Shown here piece by piece: positions 8,582-20,054 of a stretch of 24,000 bases of DNA. Source of the stretch: Candidatus Pacearchaeota archaeon (GTDB lineage Archaea > Nanobdellota > Nanobdellia > Pacearchaeales > GW2011-AR1); contig JBEKXS010000002.1 of NCBI GenBank assembly GCA_049511795.1, positions 32,326 through 56,325 of the forward strand, given 5' to 3'. Made by a program: the position numbers and the translations under genes. Below the pieces are notes generated by a model. It searched no databases, was not told the origin of the DNA, and saw only the letters and a list, made by a program, of their open reading frames with translations. Each line of letters begins with the position of its first letter. Position 1 is the first letter of the stretch.

Positions 8582-8984
8582 AATCATAAAGTGAGTCAGA
8601 AACTTTCAAAGCTTGTCTTATATAATCTGCTATTTCTTTCACATGTTCTTTACCTTTTATTAAATAACCGAAAGCTCCGTTTTTCATAGCAATCATACCT
8701 ATTGAAGAATCTCCTATATAAAACAAAATAAAAGGAATATGTCTAAATTCATCTTTTTTGGCATATTTTTCTATTATCTCGCTTCCTGTAATTCCAGGCA
8801 TTCTGTTATCTGTAATAACTAATCTCACATTTCCAACATCTTCAGCTAATCTTCTTTCTAAAGAACTTCCATCAGCAAAATCTTCTATAGAATATTCTGG
8901 AAAAAATCTCTTCCAGGCTAATCCATAAACTTTTCTAAGGTTGTCATCATCTTCTGCATATAAAATTACTTTTCTTTCTGTCAT
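8562..8984 (-). CDS. Stand-alone response-regulator receiver domain protein
   Basis: Acidic patch YAEDDDNLRKVYG, phospho-acceptor VITDNRMPGITG, GAFGYLIKG lysine region; no output domain. Confidence 0.88.
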   Translation of the reverse strand: MTERKVILYAEDDDNLRKVYGLAWKRFFPEYSIEDFADGSSLERRLAEDVGNVRLVITDNRMPGITGSEIIEKYAKKDEFRHIPFILFYIGDSSIGMIAMKNGAFGYLIKGKEHVKEIADYIRQALKVSDSLYDFKSLSQ

Positions 8985-9014
8985 AAAAATCCTTAAAGAA
9001 TTCTACTTTTAAAC

Positions 9015-11996
<2,982 letters not shown>

Positions 11997-11997
11997 T

Positions 11998-12129
11998 TTA
12001 TTTCTTTTTTTCCTTGACAACTCTTACTTGAAAGCTGTTTTTTATTTTTTTGAATGAGTTTTTTATATCTCTTCCAGCTTCTTTCAAAGCTTTCTTTTCT
12101 TTATCAGTTATTTCCAAAACGATTTTCAT
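11998..12129 (-). CDS. Small basic 43-aa protein ([43 protein letters not shown])
   Basis: Missed by the ORF track (<60 aa). ATG overlaps the TGA of the upstream gene (ATGA), and its stop is 1 nt from the MTDKKEV start of Cdc48. Confidence 0.7.
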   Translation of the reverse strand: MKIVLEITDKEKKALKEAGRDIKNSFKKIKNSFQVRVVKEKKK

Positions 12130-12557
12130 TTTTTCTTTTTTATTTCAGTTATTTTTATTCCGTTTATGTCATGAACTTCTTTACCAAGCTCTTTTTCAAG
12201 CTCATCATTATCTGTCTGAGTTTGCCCAAAATTCAAGCTTAATCTTCCGAAATTCTCAAAGCAAAGCTTAACCATGTCATCCATTATTTTTTCCTGATCT
12301 TTTATGAATGAAACAATTTCTTTTGGGATTGAAACAGCATAACTGTTGCCAACAAGCCTCATTTTAACATGAAATTCTTTGCTTTTCAAGTCATTAAATT
12401 TAACAAACTCTGCTTCATCATTTGGATGAATTATTTTGCTGCCACAGTTTGGGCAAACAACAGCCCTTAGAGCAAAACCATTTTTTATCAGCTGAGCTTT
12501 CTGCATTTTAGTGCTGCATTTGTTGCAAAGTATTGTGTTGTCAAAAACGTCTGTCAT
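12126..12557 (-). CDS. Zn-ribbon plus SpoVT/AbrB-like domain protein
   Basis: Two CxxC pairs (LCNKCSTK, VVCPNCGSK) followed by FHVKMRLVGNSYAVSIPKEIVSFIK (AbrB-like swapped-hairpin pattern). Confidence 0.75.
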   Translation of the reverse strand: MTDVFDNTILCNKCSTKMQKAQLIKNGFALRAVVCPNCGSKIIHPNDEAEFVKFNDLKSKEFHVKMRLVGNSYAVSIPKEIVSFIKDQEKIMDDMVKLCFENFGRLSLNFGQTQTDNDELEKELGKEVHDINGIKITEIKKKK

Positions 12558-12575
12558 TTTTTGTTATATTTTTTG

Positions 12576-12668
12576 TTTGTTTTTAGCATAAAACTACCGT
12601 GCCTTTGCAGACACGGCGGTTGGGTCGAAAAGAGGTTGTATATCTTGTATACACTTCAATGTATACAC
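12576..12668 (-). promoter_or_regulatory. Candidate operator plus 5' leader of the Zn-ribbon/Cdc48 cluster
   Basis: Two direct copies of TGTATACAC (12646-12654, 12660-12668; 14-nt period), TATA-like ATTTAAAT at 12683-12690, and hairpin-capable CCGTG...CACGG in the leader. Confidence 0.45.
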
Positions 12669-12727
12669 ACATAACATATACTATTTAAATATTTCGGTGA
12701 TGGTGGTGATGGTGATGAAATATTTAT

Positions 12728-12985
12728 TTAAGCAAGAACGAGGACAGACTTTCCTTCAATAGGATAATTCCCTTTATCCCTAATTAAAATACAAATCATT
12801 TCATAGCATGAAGAATGCAACTGTCCATACCCCTCAACATAAAATTCCCTTTCAGCAATAGGAGTATCTTTAGGAACATTTGTAAGCTCACCGCAACGAA
12901 CACACTTTTCCAAATCTTGGATTGGTCTCGTTACTCCTGTATCAACAACTTCATCGTTTATTATTTTTAACAGCCTTAATTCCAT
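12728..12985 (-). CDS. Uncharacterised small Cys/His-containing protein (start revised to MELRLLKIIND)
   Basis: Contains CVRCG...HSSCYE. TTTATAAA (13007-13014) lies inside the track ORF and is centred 25.5 nt upstream of the ATG at 12985, so track start 13030 is unlikely. Confidence 0.65.
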   Translation of the reverse strand: MELRLLKIINDEVVDTGVTRPIQDLEKCVRCGELTNVPKDTPIAEREFYVEGYGQLHSSCYEMICILIRDKGNYPIEGKSVLVLA

Positions 12986-13059
12986 GTCAGAAGCATTTGT
13001 CATTAATTTATAAACTTTTTCGACAAACACTTTAAAAACTATTAATAATTAAGTGTCTA

Positions 13060-13689
13060 ATGGCTGAAGAAAAGGGGCTGAAGTATTACTTGAAAAGATT
13101 TTGGTTCCTTCTTTGGAAAGATGATAGCTTAAAGGGCTGGATTTTCTCGATAATTTTCCTTTTCATATTCATAAAATTCATTTTCTTCCCTGTTCTTAGT
13201 CTTGCAACAGGAACTTCTCTGCCTTTGGCAATTGTAGAATCATGCAGCATGTATCATCAAGGAAACCTTTTCAGTGATTTCAATGCCTGGTGGACAAGAC
13301 ATGATGCAAAATATGCTCTTTACATAATAAATGAACTTGATTTCCAAGCTTTTCCGCTGAAAAACGGATTTAACAAAGGAGATATTCTCTTCATTGTGCA
13401 TGTAGATCCTTCAAAACTCAAGGTCGGAGACATAATAATTTTCAATGCAGGCCAGGCAAATCCAATAATACACAGAATTGTAAACATAACAGAAACAAAC
13501 GGGCAGGAAACATTCTCGACAGAAGGAGATAACAACAATGGTCAGCTCACTTTTGAAAACGGAATAACAGGAAACCAGATTGTAGGAAAAGCTGTTCTCA
13601 AGGTAGCTCCTTATCTTGGATGGGTAAAGCTTATATTTTACGATTGGGAAAAGCCAGTTGGAGAAAGAGGATTTTGTCATGAGAATTAG
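13060..13689 (+). CDS. Signal peptidase I (S26, archaeal/ER-type)
   Basis: N-terminal TM, catalytic-Ser region AIVESCSM, GDILFIV, VGDIIIFNAG, IIHRIV (Ser-His type), STEGDNNNGQ, IVGKAV. Confidence 0.9.
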   Translation: MAEEKGLKYYLKRFWFLLWKDDSLKGWIFSIIFLFIFIKFIFFPVLSLATGTSLPLAIVESCSMYHQGNLFSDFNAWWTRHDAKYALYIINELDFQAFPLKNGFNKGDILFIVHVDPSKLKVGDIIIFNAGQANPIIHRIVNITETNGQETFSTEGDNNNGQLTFENGITGNQIVGKAVLKVAPYLGWVKLIFYDWEKPVGERGFCHEN

Positions 13690-13742
13690 TTTGAAAATAA
13701 TAAATAACTATATAAACATTCAATTAATAAAAAACAAATAAA

Positions 13743-14051
13743 ATGGAATTTTGTCCAAAGTGTGGTTCTGTTCTTGTGCAAAAAAGAAAGAATGACGGTT
13801 GCCCTAGATGCAATTATTCCTCAAAATCAAGAGTAAAGCTAAAGACCTCTGAAAAAATGGATGAGAAGAAGGAAATTGCAGTTGTAAAAGACAAAGATGT
13901 TGAAATTTATCCAATAATTGAAGGCGAATGCAAGAAATGCGGGCACAACAAGGTTTATTTCTGGACAATGCAGACAAGGGCAAGTGATGAATCAGAAACA
14001 AAGTTCTTCAAATGCACAAAATGCGACTTTACTTGGCGTGAATACAGGTAA
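13743..14051 (+). CDS. tfs: Transcription factor S (TFIIS/RPB9-like)
   Basis: N-terminal MEFCPKCGSVLV...CPRC and C-terminal CKKCGHNKVYFWTMQTRASDESETKFFKCTKCDFTWREY zinc ribbon. Confidence 0.95.
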   Translation: MEFCPKCGSVLVQKRKNDGCPRCNYSSKSRVKLKTSEKMDEKKEIAVVKDKDVEIYPIIEGECKKCGHNKVYFWTMQTRASDESETKFFKCTKCDFTWREYR

Positions 14052-14102
14052 GAACTGAATTTTTCTGCTAAGCTTTAAAAATACATTTCAATTATACTAT
14101 TT

Positions 14103-14684
14103 ATGGAATTAAGAGGTGAAGAGATGGAAGACTTGGAAGAGGATGAAAGTGATTTGGAAGAAGTCAAAGAAAGTTCTGAAATAAGATTTGGGATAAAAAC
14201 ATATGATGATGTTTTCTCTGATTTTGATCCAAGACCGATTTCACAGCGTGGATTATCAGAGGATTTTTTGGTTGAAGCAAAAAGAGCAAGCATGGTGAAG
14301 GATGCCAGCAGAATAGATTTTATTTTTACAGTTCCAAAAAATATCCGAGACTTAAAAAAAGAGGCAAGGATATCTGAGAGGCTAAAAAAATATTTCAGAA
14401 AACACTATGAACTTCTTCAAAAGGAAAAAGATAAAATAGTAAATCAGGGGATTTGGTTTCTTATATTCGGGATTATTGTGATGTTCGCTGCAACTTTCCT
14501 GACTTTTAAATATGAAGGAAATAATTTTATCACAAGTTTTTTCACAGTTCTATTTCAGCCAGCTGGGTGGTGGCTTTTCTGGGAAGGATGCCAACTTCTT
14601 GTGTTTGATTCAAAGAAAGACAACCCCAATATAGAGTTCCACAAAAGAATGGCAAGCACCTCAATAAGGTTTGTTTCTATATAG
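14103..14684 (+). CDS. Uncharacterised protein with C-terminal pair of TM segments
   Basis: Complete ORF, acidic N-terminus, FLIFGIIVMFAATFLTF and FFTVLFQPAGWWLFWEGC hydrophobic segments; TTTAAAAA centred 25.5 nt upstream. Confidence 0.65.
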   Translation: MELRGEEMEDLEEDESDLEEVKESSEIRFGIKTYDDVFSDFDPRPISQRGLSEDFLVEAKRASMVKDASRIDFIFTVPKNIRDLKKEARISERLKKYFRKHYELLQKEKDKIVNQGIWFLIFGIIVMFAATFLTFKYEGNNFITSFFTVLFQPAGWWLFWEGCQLLVFDSKKDNPNIEFHKRMASTSIRFVSI

Positions 14685-14733
14685 AAACACTTCAGGAAAG
14701 GTTTTTTAAAACAAGTATATTTACTTTGACTAA

Positions 14734-14808
14734 GGCTCCGTAGCTCAGTCTGGCCAGAGCACTGGACTCTTAATCCAGGTGTCGTGGGTTCAAATCCCAT
14801 CGGGGCCA
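14734..14808 (+). tRNA. tRNA-Lys (anticodon CTT)
   Basis: Acceptor GGCTCCG/CGGGGCC, D-arm GCTCAGTCTGGCCAGAGC, anticodon arm CTGGA-CTCTTAA-TCCAG, T-arm GTGGGTTCAAATCCCAT, discriminator A; upstream TTTTAAAA box. Confidence 0.96.
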
Positions 14809-14811
14809 CTT

Positions 14812-15009
14812 TTATCCTCTATGCTTGAAATATTCAATCTGCCTGAATCTTTTCAGGACATGCCTATAGCTGCCTTTTGGAACGAGAACTTTTGTCTTTG
14901 CTTCATTTAGAAGTCGAAAATCATATTTTGCCACTGATTCCTTCAGCTTGTCTTTTCCAGGATATTTTTTCCAGCGCTTCTCTTTTTTCGGCTTGTATTG
15001 TAAAACCAT
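14812..15009 (-). CDS. Uncharacterised small basic protein (65 aa)
   Basis: Complete ORF MVLQYKPKKEKRWKKYPGKDK..., convergent with tRNA-Lys. Confidence 0.55.
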   Translation of the reverse strand: MVLQYKPKKEKRWKKYPGKDKLKESVAKYDFRLLNEAKTKVLVPKGSYRHVLKRFRQIEYFKHRG

Positions 15010-15118
15010 AATTAATCAAAGAAATCCTAATTAATAAATATTAACAAAAATAAAAAGAAAAAACAAGAAAAACATTAACAAATAAGAAAAATAAACAAAA
15101 TTTGGGGCGGTAGAATTA

Positions 15119-15385
15119 CTATCTTATAAGCTTTTGAATGTTTTCAATTGCGTCTGCGACTTCTTTGCCTTTCTTGGTCAATTTTATAACTTTTATCCGC
15201 CCTCTTTTTTCGAAATCGACCAGGCTCAAAGCCTCAAGTGTCTGCAGTATCTTAACTGCATGGCTGTATGTGCAATCAACTTCCTTAGCCAAAATACTAC
15301 CATACCTCATCCTAGTGTTCTTTTTCAAAGATACCAGCATTAATGCCGGCTTTCTCCTAAAAAAGATGTCAAAGTTGTCTTTCAT
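15119..15385 (-). CDS. Winged-helix transcriptional regulator (MarR/ArsR-like wHTH)
   Basis: LAKEVDCTYSHAVKILQTLEALSLVDFEKRGRIKVIKLTKKGKEVADAIENI; TATATA centred ~26 nt upstream. Confidence 0.8.
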   Translation of the reverse strand: MKDNFDIFFRRKPALMLVSLKKNTRMRYGSILAKEVDCTYSHAVKILQTLEALSLVDFEKRGRIKVIKLTKKGKEVADAIENIQKLIR

Positions 15386-15479
15386 TTTTGGATGTGTGTA
15401 TTTAGATGTATATATCCCATCAGTGATGTGCTTTTAAATGTTTTGGAAGCTATATATCTAAAAAGTTTTTATTAATTTT

Positions 15480-15980
15480 TTAGAACTTATACAGGAAAAC
15501 ATGGCCATCTCTCCTTGATGGTTTCATTCCTCTGAGTCTCCATGTGTTTGAAACAACTTTTGTCCCTTTTCTCATTTCTTTTTTCAGTTTTTTTTCCAAA
15601 TGGGGCATTACATGCCATACTTGAAACACAGAAACAATGTCAAACTTGGATAAATCAGCATTCCAGAAGTTTTCTTGTTTAATTATTGCGTTTTTTTGCA
15701 AACCGAGCCTTCTAATTCTCCATCTTGAAATCCATACAAGCAATGGATTTATTTCAAAGCCAGTAATAATTGCTCCTTTCTTTGCAAATTCAATAACAAG
15801 CTTTCCATTTCCAGATCCAAGCTCTGCAACTTTCTGCCCTTTCTTTACTTGTGAAAGTTTAATCATCTTCCTGGCAGCAGAACTGCTTGAGGCCTGATAT
15901 GGAGCTCCAAAAAGAAAGCCAGAAAGCCAGAGAAAAATAATAAGAAAGCAAATTATACCTAAAATAAGATATAAAATCAT
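15480..15980 (-). CDS. Membrane-anchored class I SAM-dependent methyltransferase
   Basis: N-terminal TM segment, VAELGSGNGKLVIEFAKKGA (motif I), GFEINPLLV. Confidence 0.8.
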   Translation of the reverse strand: MILYLILGIICFLIIFLWLSGFLFGAPYQASSSSAARKMIKLSQVKKGQKVAELGSGNGKLVIEFAKKGAIITGFEINPLLVWISRWRIRRLGLQKNAIIKQENFWNADLSKFDIVSVFQVWHVMPHLEKKLKKEMRKGTKVVSNTWRLRGMKPSRRDGHVFLYKF

Positions 15981-15981
15981 T

Positions 15982-16326
15982 TTATCTGAAATGGATTATG
16001 CTAAAAGTTATCAATGTCTGAACTATGACCAATCCTGCGTTAAGGAAAGTTATTGGTTTCTCTTTGTGGACAATCCCATAAAACATCCACATCAAAGAGA
16101 AGAATGAAAAACCAATCCATGCAAGCAATGACAATCCGTCAGCACTGTGAGTTGTCCAAATTTGGTATAATTGTATTGTATTAAGCAAAGGCAAGATAAT
16201 TGCACTTGCATATATTATATCATCTAGCATCCTGCCTGTCGCAGTTGGATGCGGATAGGCCTCTTTTTTCTGCTGAATCCTTTTTCTTAGGCTCATGTGA
16301 TAGTGAGCTGTGTTGAATGTTGGCAT
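15982..16326 (-). CDS. SemiSWEET / MtN3-saliva-like (PQ-loop type) membrane protein
   Basis: Three hydrophobic segments and LPLLNTIQLYQIWTTHSADGLSLLAWIGFSFFSLMWMFYGIVHKEKPI pattern; N-terminal start uncertain. Confidence 0.75.
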   Translation of the reverse strand: MPTFNTAHYHMSLRKRIQQKKEAYPHPTATGRMLDDIIYASAIILPLLNTIQLYQIWTTHSADGLSLLAWIGFSFFSLMWMFYGIVHKEKPITFLNAGLVIVQTLITFSIIHFR

Positions 16327-16408
16327 TAATAAAAATAGATTTTCTGGATTAAAAATCTATCTGAGACCATATGAAAAATTTATAAAACACTGGTTTCCTC
16401 TATAAAGA

Positions 16409-18748
16409 ATGCCAAAGGCGTCAAAAAAACAAAAGCAGACAAGGGCAGAAATAACGGCGCAGGAATTTTTTCCTGTAAAGCCAGAAGACCTAAAATATTC
16501 TATTGAAAAGCAGGTGAAGCACATAGATGTCTCCTCTCTTACAACAGTTGAAAAAGAAGGGAAAAAGATTCAGGAAAAACCAATAAAAACAAAGAAACCA
16601 AGAGCGAAAAAAGGAACAAAAGAAAAAAAAGCAAAAAGACCAAAGAAAACAGCAATGGATTTTGCTCCAAAGAAAATAAATCTCAAGCAAGGCGGCTACG
16701 AACTTATTGTAACAGAAAAACCACAGGCAGCTTTGAAGATTGCATCAGCCCTGGGAAAATCAACACAAAGAAATGAGCATGGTGTTTCTTATTATGAAGT
16801 TGACAGGAATGGAAAAGAAATTGTTGTTGCCTGCGCTGTCGGACATTTGTTCACTTTAACGCAAACTTCAAGAAATATGACAGGTGGCCCTACATTTGAT
16901 ATAAAATGGGTTCCAAATTACATTGCAAGAAAAGGCGATTTCACAAAAAAATATTATGACACTCTTCTTTCTCTTGTGAAAGGTGCTGGTTCTATTACAG
17001 TTGCAACAGATTATGATACAGAAGGGGAAGTTATAGGACTGAATATTGTCCGTTTCATAGCAAATCAGAAAGATGCCTCAAGAATGAAATACTCAACTCT
17101 TACTGATAAAGAGCTTAATGATTCTTATGAGAATAAAGCACAAACAATTGATTGGGGACAGGCAATAGCAGGTGAAACAAGACACTATCTTGACTGGTTT
17201 TATGGAATAAATCTTTCAAGGGAATTAATGAATGCTTTGAAATCAGTTGGAAAATTCAAAATAATGTCAATCGGCCGTGTGCAAGGACCAACATTAAACC
17301 TTATTGTTGAAAAAGAAAAGCAAATTATTGGTTTCAAGCCTCTTCCTTACTGGCAGATTTTCATAAGACTCGAAAATCCAGAAATAGAGCTTGTTCATAA
17401 CAAAGATATTTTCAAAAAGACAGAGCTTGATAAATTTAAAGATCTAAAAGGAAAAATAGCAGACGTTGAAACGCAGAAGAAAACACAGGAAATACCTCCA
17501 AATCCTCCCTTTAATTTAACAATACTTCAAACAGAAGCATACAGGGTTTTCGGAATAAATCCAGCAAGAACACTTCAGCTGGCTCAAAATCTTTACCTTG
17601 CAGGTTTGATTTCTTATCCAAGAACTTCAAGCCAAAAACTGCCACCTTCAATAGCTTACAATGACATTTTAAAAAAGCTGGCTGCAAGATTTGGTGTTGA
17701 AGCATTGATAAAAAGAAAAACACCAATTGAGGGAAAAAAGACAGACCCTGCCCATCCTTCAATATATCCTACAGGAAACCAGGGAACAATAAGTGAAGAT
17801 GAGGAAAAAATTTATGGATTGATAGCAAAAAGATTTCTCTCCTTGTTCTGCGAAGATGCAGTTATTGAAAATAAAGTCATAACAGCAAAAGTAAATGGAT
17901 TTAATTTTGTAAAACGTGGTTCTTTTGTTGAAAAACCTGGCTGGATGGCTATTTATCCAATAAAAATGCCAGAAGCGCATATTCCTGATGTTAATGGAAA
18001 AATAAAAATCTCGAACTCAAATATAATTGAAAAAGAAACTCAGCCTCCAAAGCGTTTTTCTCCTGCTTCACTTGTTTCAGAGCTTGAAAAAAGAAATCTT
18101 GGAACAAAGGCAACAAGAGCTTCTGTAATTGAAACACTTTATGACCGTGGCTACATACAAGGGCAAAGCATAAAAGCAACTCCCCTAGGAATTTCTCTTA
18201 TTGAAACTCTTGAAAAGCACGGACCTATTATAATTGATGAAAAACTGACAAGAAGTTTTGAAAAAGAAATGAATGAAATCCAAATTGCAAAGAAAAACCA
18301 ACAAGAAAAAGAAGAAAAAGTAATCAATGAAGCAAAAACAGCCATAACAAAGATCTCACAGGAGTTTAAGTCAAAGGAAAAAGAAATAGGTGAAGAGCTT
18401 GCAGGAGCAAATCAGAAAATATGGGAACAGCAAAGAGAGGAAAACAAGTTGAATCCCTGCCCTGTTTGCCAGAAGGGAAATCTGAAAATAACTTATTCTC
18501 CAAAAACAAAGCGTTCTTTCATTGCATGCGACAGATATCCTGAATGCAAGAACACTTATTCTCTACCTCCTAGCACATTCATAAAAAAAGCAGACAAGAT
18601 TTGCGACAAATGTGGCTTCCCTATGTTAATGTCTTTGAAAAAAGGTAAGCGTCCTTGGATTTTCTGTTTCAACCGAGAATGCGAAACAAACAAGGCAAGA
18701 TTAGAAGAATATAGAAAGAAGAAGGAAGCAGAGAACAATAATTCTTAA
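16409..18748 (+). CDS. topA: DNA topoisomerase I, type IA, with ~95-aa Lys-rich N-terminal extension and C-terminal zinc fingers
   Basis: Toprim YELIVTEKPQAA, VATDYDTEGEVIG; active-site SYPRTSSQ; IGRVQGPTL; zinc fingers CPVCQKGNLKI and CDKCGFPM...CFNREC. Confidence 0.95.
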   Translation: MPKASKKQKQTRAEITAQEFFPVKPEDLKYSIEKQVKHIDVSSLTTVEKEGKKIQEKPIKTKKPRAKKGTKEKKAKRPKKTAMDFAPKKINLKQGGYELIVTEKPQAALKIASALGKSTQRNEHGVSYYEVDRNGKEIVVACAVGHLFTLTQTSRNMTGGPTFDIKWVPNYIARKGDFTKKYYDTLLSLVKGAGSITVATDYDTEGEVIGLNIVRFIANQKDASRMKYSTLTDKELNDSYENKAQTIDWGQAIAGETRHYLDWFYGINLSRELMNALKSVGKFKIMSIGRVQGPTLNLIVEKEKQIIGFKPLPYWQIFIRLENPEIELVHNKDIFKKTELDKFKDLKGKIADVETQKKTQEIPPNPPFNLTILQTEAYRVFGINPARTLQLAQNLYLAGLISYPRTSSQKLPPSIAYNDILKKLAARFGVEALIKRKTPIEGKKTDPAHPSIYPTGNQGTISEDEEKIYGLIAKRFLSLFCEDAVIENKVITAKVNGFNFVKRGSFVEKPGWMAIYPIKMPEAHIPDVNGKIKISNSNIIEKETQPPKRFSPASLVSELEKRNLGTKATRASVIETLYDRGYIQGQSIKATPLGISLIETLEKHGPIIIDEKLTRSFEKEMNEIQIAKKNQQEKEEKVINEAKTAITKISQEFKSKEKEIGEELAGANQKIWEQQREENKLNPCPVCQKGNLKITYSPKTKRSFIACDRYPECKNTYSLPPSTFIKKADKICDKCGFPMLMSLKKGKRPWIFCFNRECETNKARLEEYRKKKEAENNNS

Positions 18749-19962
18749 AACCACTTCTGCAAGTTTGTCTGGGTCTTTATGCTTTCAAGTATTTTGCTTT
18801 TCTTGATTATTTTTGAGGGGTCGTAACCAAACTTTATCATTCCAACTTTCCTCACGCTTTCAATCATTTCTTTCATATCTGCAAATTGGAATTTCTTGTT
18901 TTCCATTGCTTTCTTTACGCTTTCCCTGACAACCCAGACACCCAAAGCTGCCCAATAAGTTGGAAGCTCTATTCTTATTGCCAAAACACTTGCCTGCCTC
19001 TGAACGCTTTCAAGATATTCTAATATAGGGAGCCTTGCTGCATAGTACCCACCAACAGTATTGCTTGCATAAGTTGTTCTTCCATAAAAATCTTCCATGT
19101 CTGTTGAAGCTTTTATTTCATTGCTTGGATTCCATGAGCTTCCTGGCAAATAAAGTTCAAAAAGTTCATATGAAAAAATATTTGGAAAAAGCATTATAAG
19201 ATAGCAGTTTCCCATAAATTCTCCAAAGAAAAATTCATAATTTTCAATCCATTTGTAATTTCTAATGTTTTCCAAAAGTCTTTTTCCAATCATGTCATCT
19301 GTTGCTGTTATTGACCAGCGAGTTGGCACGAGCTTTCTGTCTTTTTTCATTCCTAAAACACCAACGCTAAGAATTTTGCTTAATGTGTATTCTGAAAAAG
19401 AATTTTTATAAAGAAAATCAACAGCCTCAGTTGCTTTTATATCATCATTCATAACCTTGTCAAGTTTCTGATCAATCTTTACATTGCTGGTTATTGTTGC
19501 TTTTTTTAATGGGGCGTGCATTCCCTGAGGTAAGACAACGCGGTCTCTCTTGAAACCAGGCCCAACTTTTGATTTTAATTCAATTTCTAAGTCAACAGGG
19601 CGTGAGGCAATTGCAATTTCCTGAGCCATATCAACAAATTTTTTGTTGTTTGTTCTTGGGTCAGTTACTTTTGACTGGAATCTTGAATTAAGAAGGCTTT
19701 CCCTGAGATTTATCACATCGCGAATTCCAAAATTGTTCTTTGCCCAGAATTCTGCATCATCATAAACCCATGCATCCTCATCTCTTTCCAATGGGCTTAA
19801 AATTCCTACATTCACCAAAGGATATTTTAGCTTTGATCCAATAAAAACACTTGGTGGAGAGCTTGAAGAGATTTGAGAAACCTTACCAATATCTCTGTAT
19901 TTGAATTTAGTGTCAGCTATCTTTTTTATTACTTCAAATTTTATGTCTTTCTCCTCTGGCAT
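18745..19962 (-). CDS. nreA: Archaeal DNA repair protein NreA
   Basis: SSPPSVFIGSKLKYPLVNVGILSP, conserved NreA-like central region, C-terminal PIP-box QTNLQKWF. Confidence 0.88.
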   Translation of the reverse strand: MPEEKDIKFEVIKKIADTKFKYRDIGKVSQISSSSPPSVFIGSKLKYPLVNVGILSPLERDEDAWVYDDAEFWAKNNFGIRDVINLRESLLNSRFQSKVTDPRTNNKKFVDMAQEIAIASRPVDLEIELKSKVGPGFKRDRVVLPQGMHAPLKKATITSNVKIDQKLDKVMNDDIKATEAVDFLYKNSFSEYTLSKILSVGVLGMKKDRKLVPTRWSITATDDMIGKRLLENIRNYKWIENYEFFFGEFMGNCYLIMLFPNIFSYELFELYLPGSSWNPSNEIKASTDMEDFYGRTTYASNTVGGYYAARLPILEYLESVQRQASVLAIRIELPTYWAALGVWVVRESVKKAMENKKFQFADMKEMIESVRKVGMIKFGYDPSKIIKKSKILESIKTQTNLQKWF

Positions 19963-20054
19963 TAAAAATCAAGGAAAAAGATGTTTAAATTATTTAAGAA
20001 CTACCGAAAAGTCGTTTAAAAAATAAAAGAAGGAAAAAAATAAAAAATCAGAAT

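Noticed and set aside
12050-12271. Plus-strand ORFs of 73 and 62 aa
   Set aside because: Antisense to the Zn-ribbon/AbrB-like and 43-aa genes, Phe/Leu-rich
12696-12718. GGTGAT/GGT tandem repeat ending in GTGATGA, resembling a C box of a C/D sRNA
   Set aside because: No CTGA D box at suitable spacing downstream; treated as simple repeat in intergenic DNA
14555-14809. Minus-strand ORF MAPMGFEPTTPGLRVQCSGQTEL...
   Set aside because: N-terminus is the antisense translation of tRNA-Lys and the rest is antisense to the plus-strand 14103-14684 gene; a classic spurious ORF
17031-17063. Toprim motif TDYDTEGEVIG lacking the common Arg
   Set aside because: The catalytic DxDxE residues are intact and this position varies among archaeal type IA enzymes, so it is not reported separately
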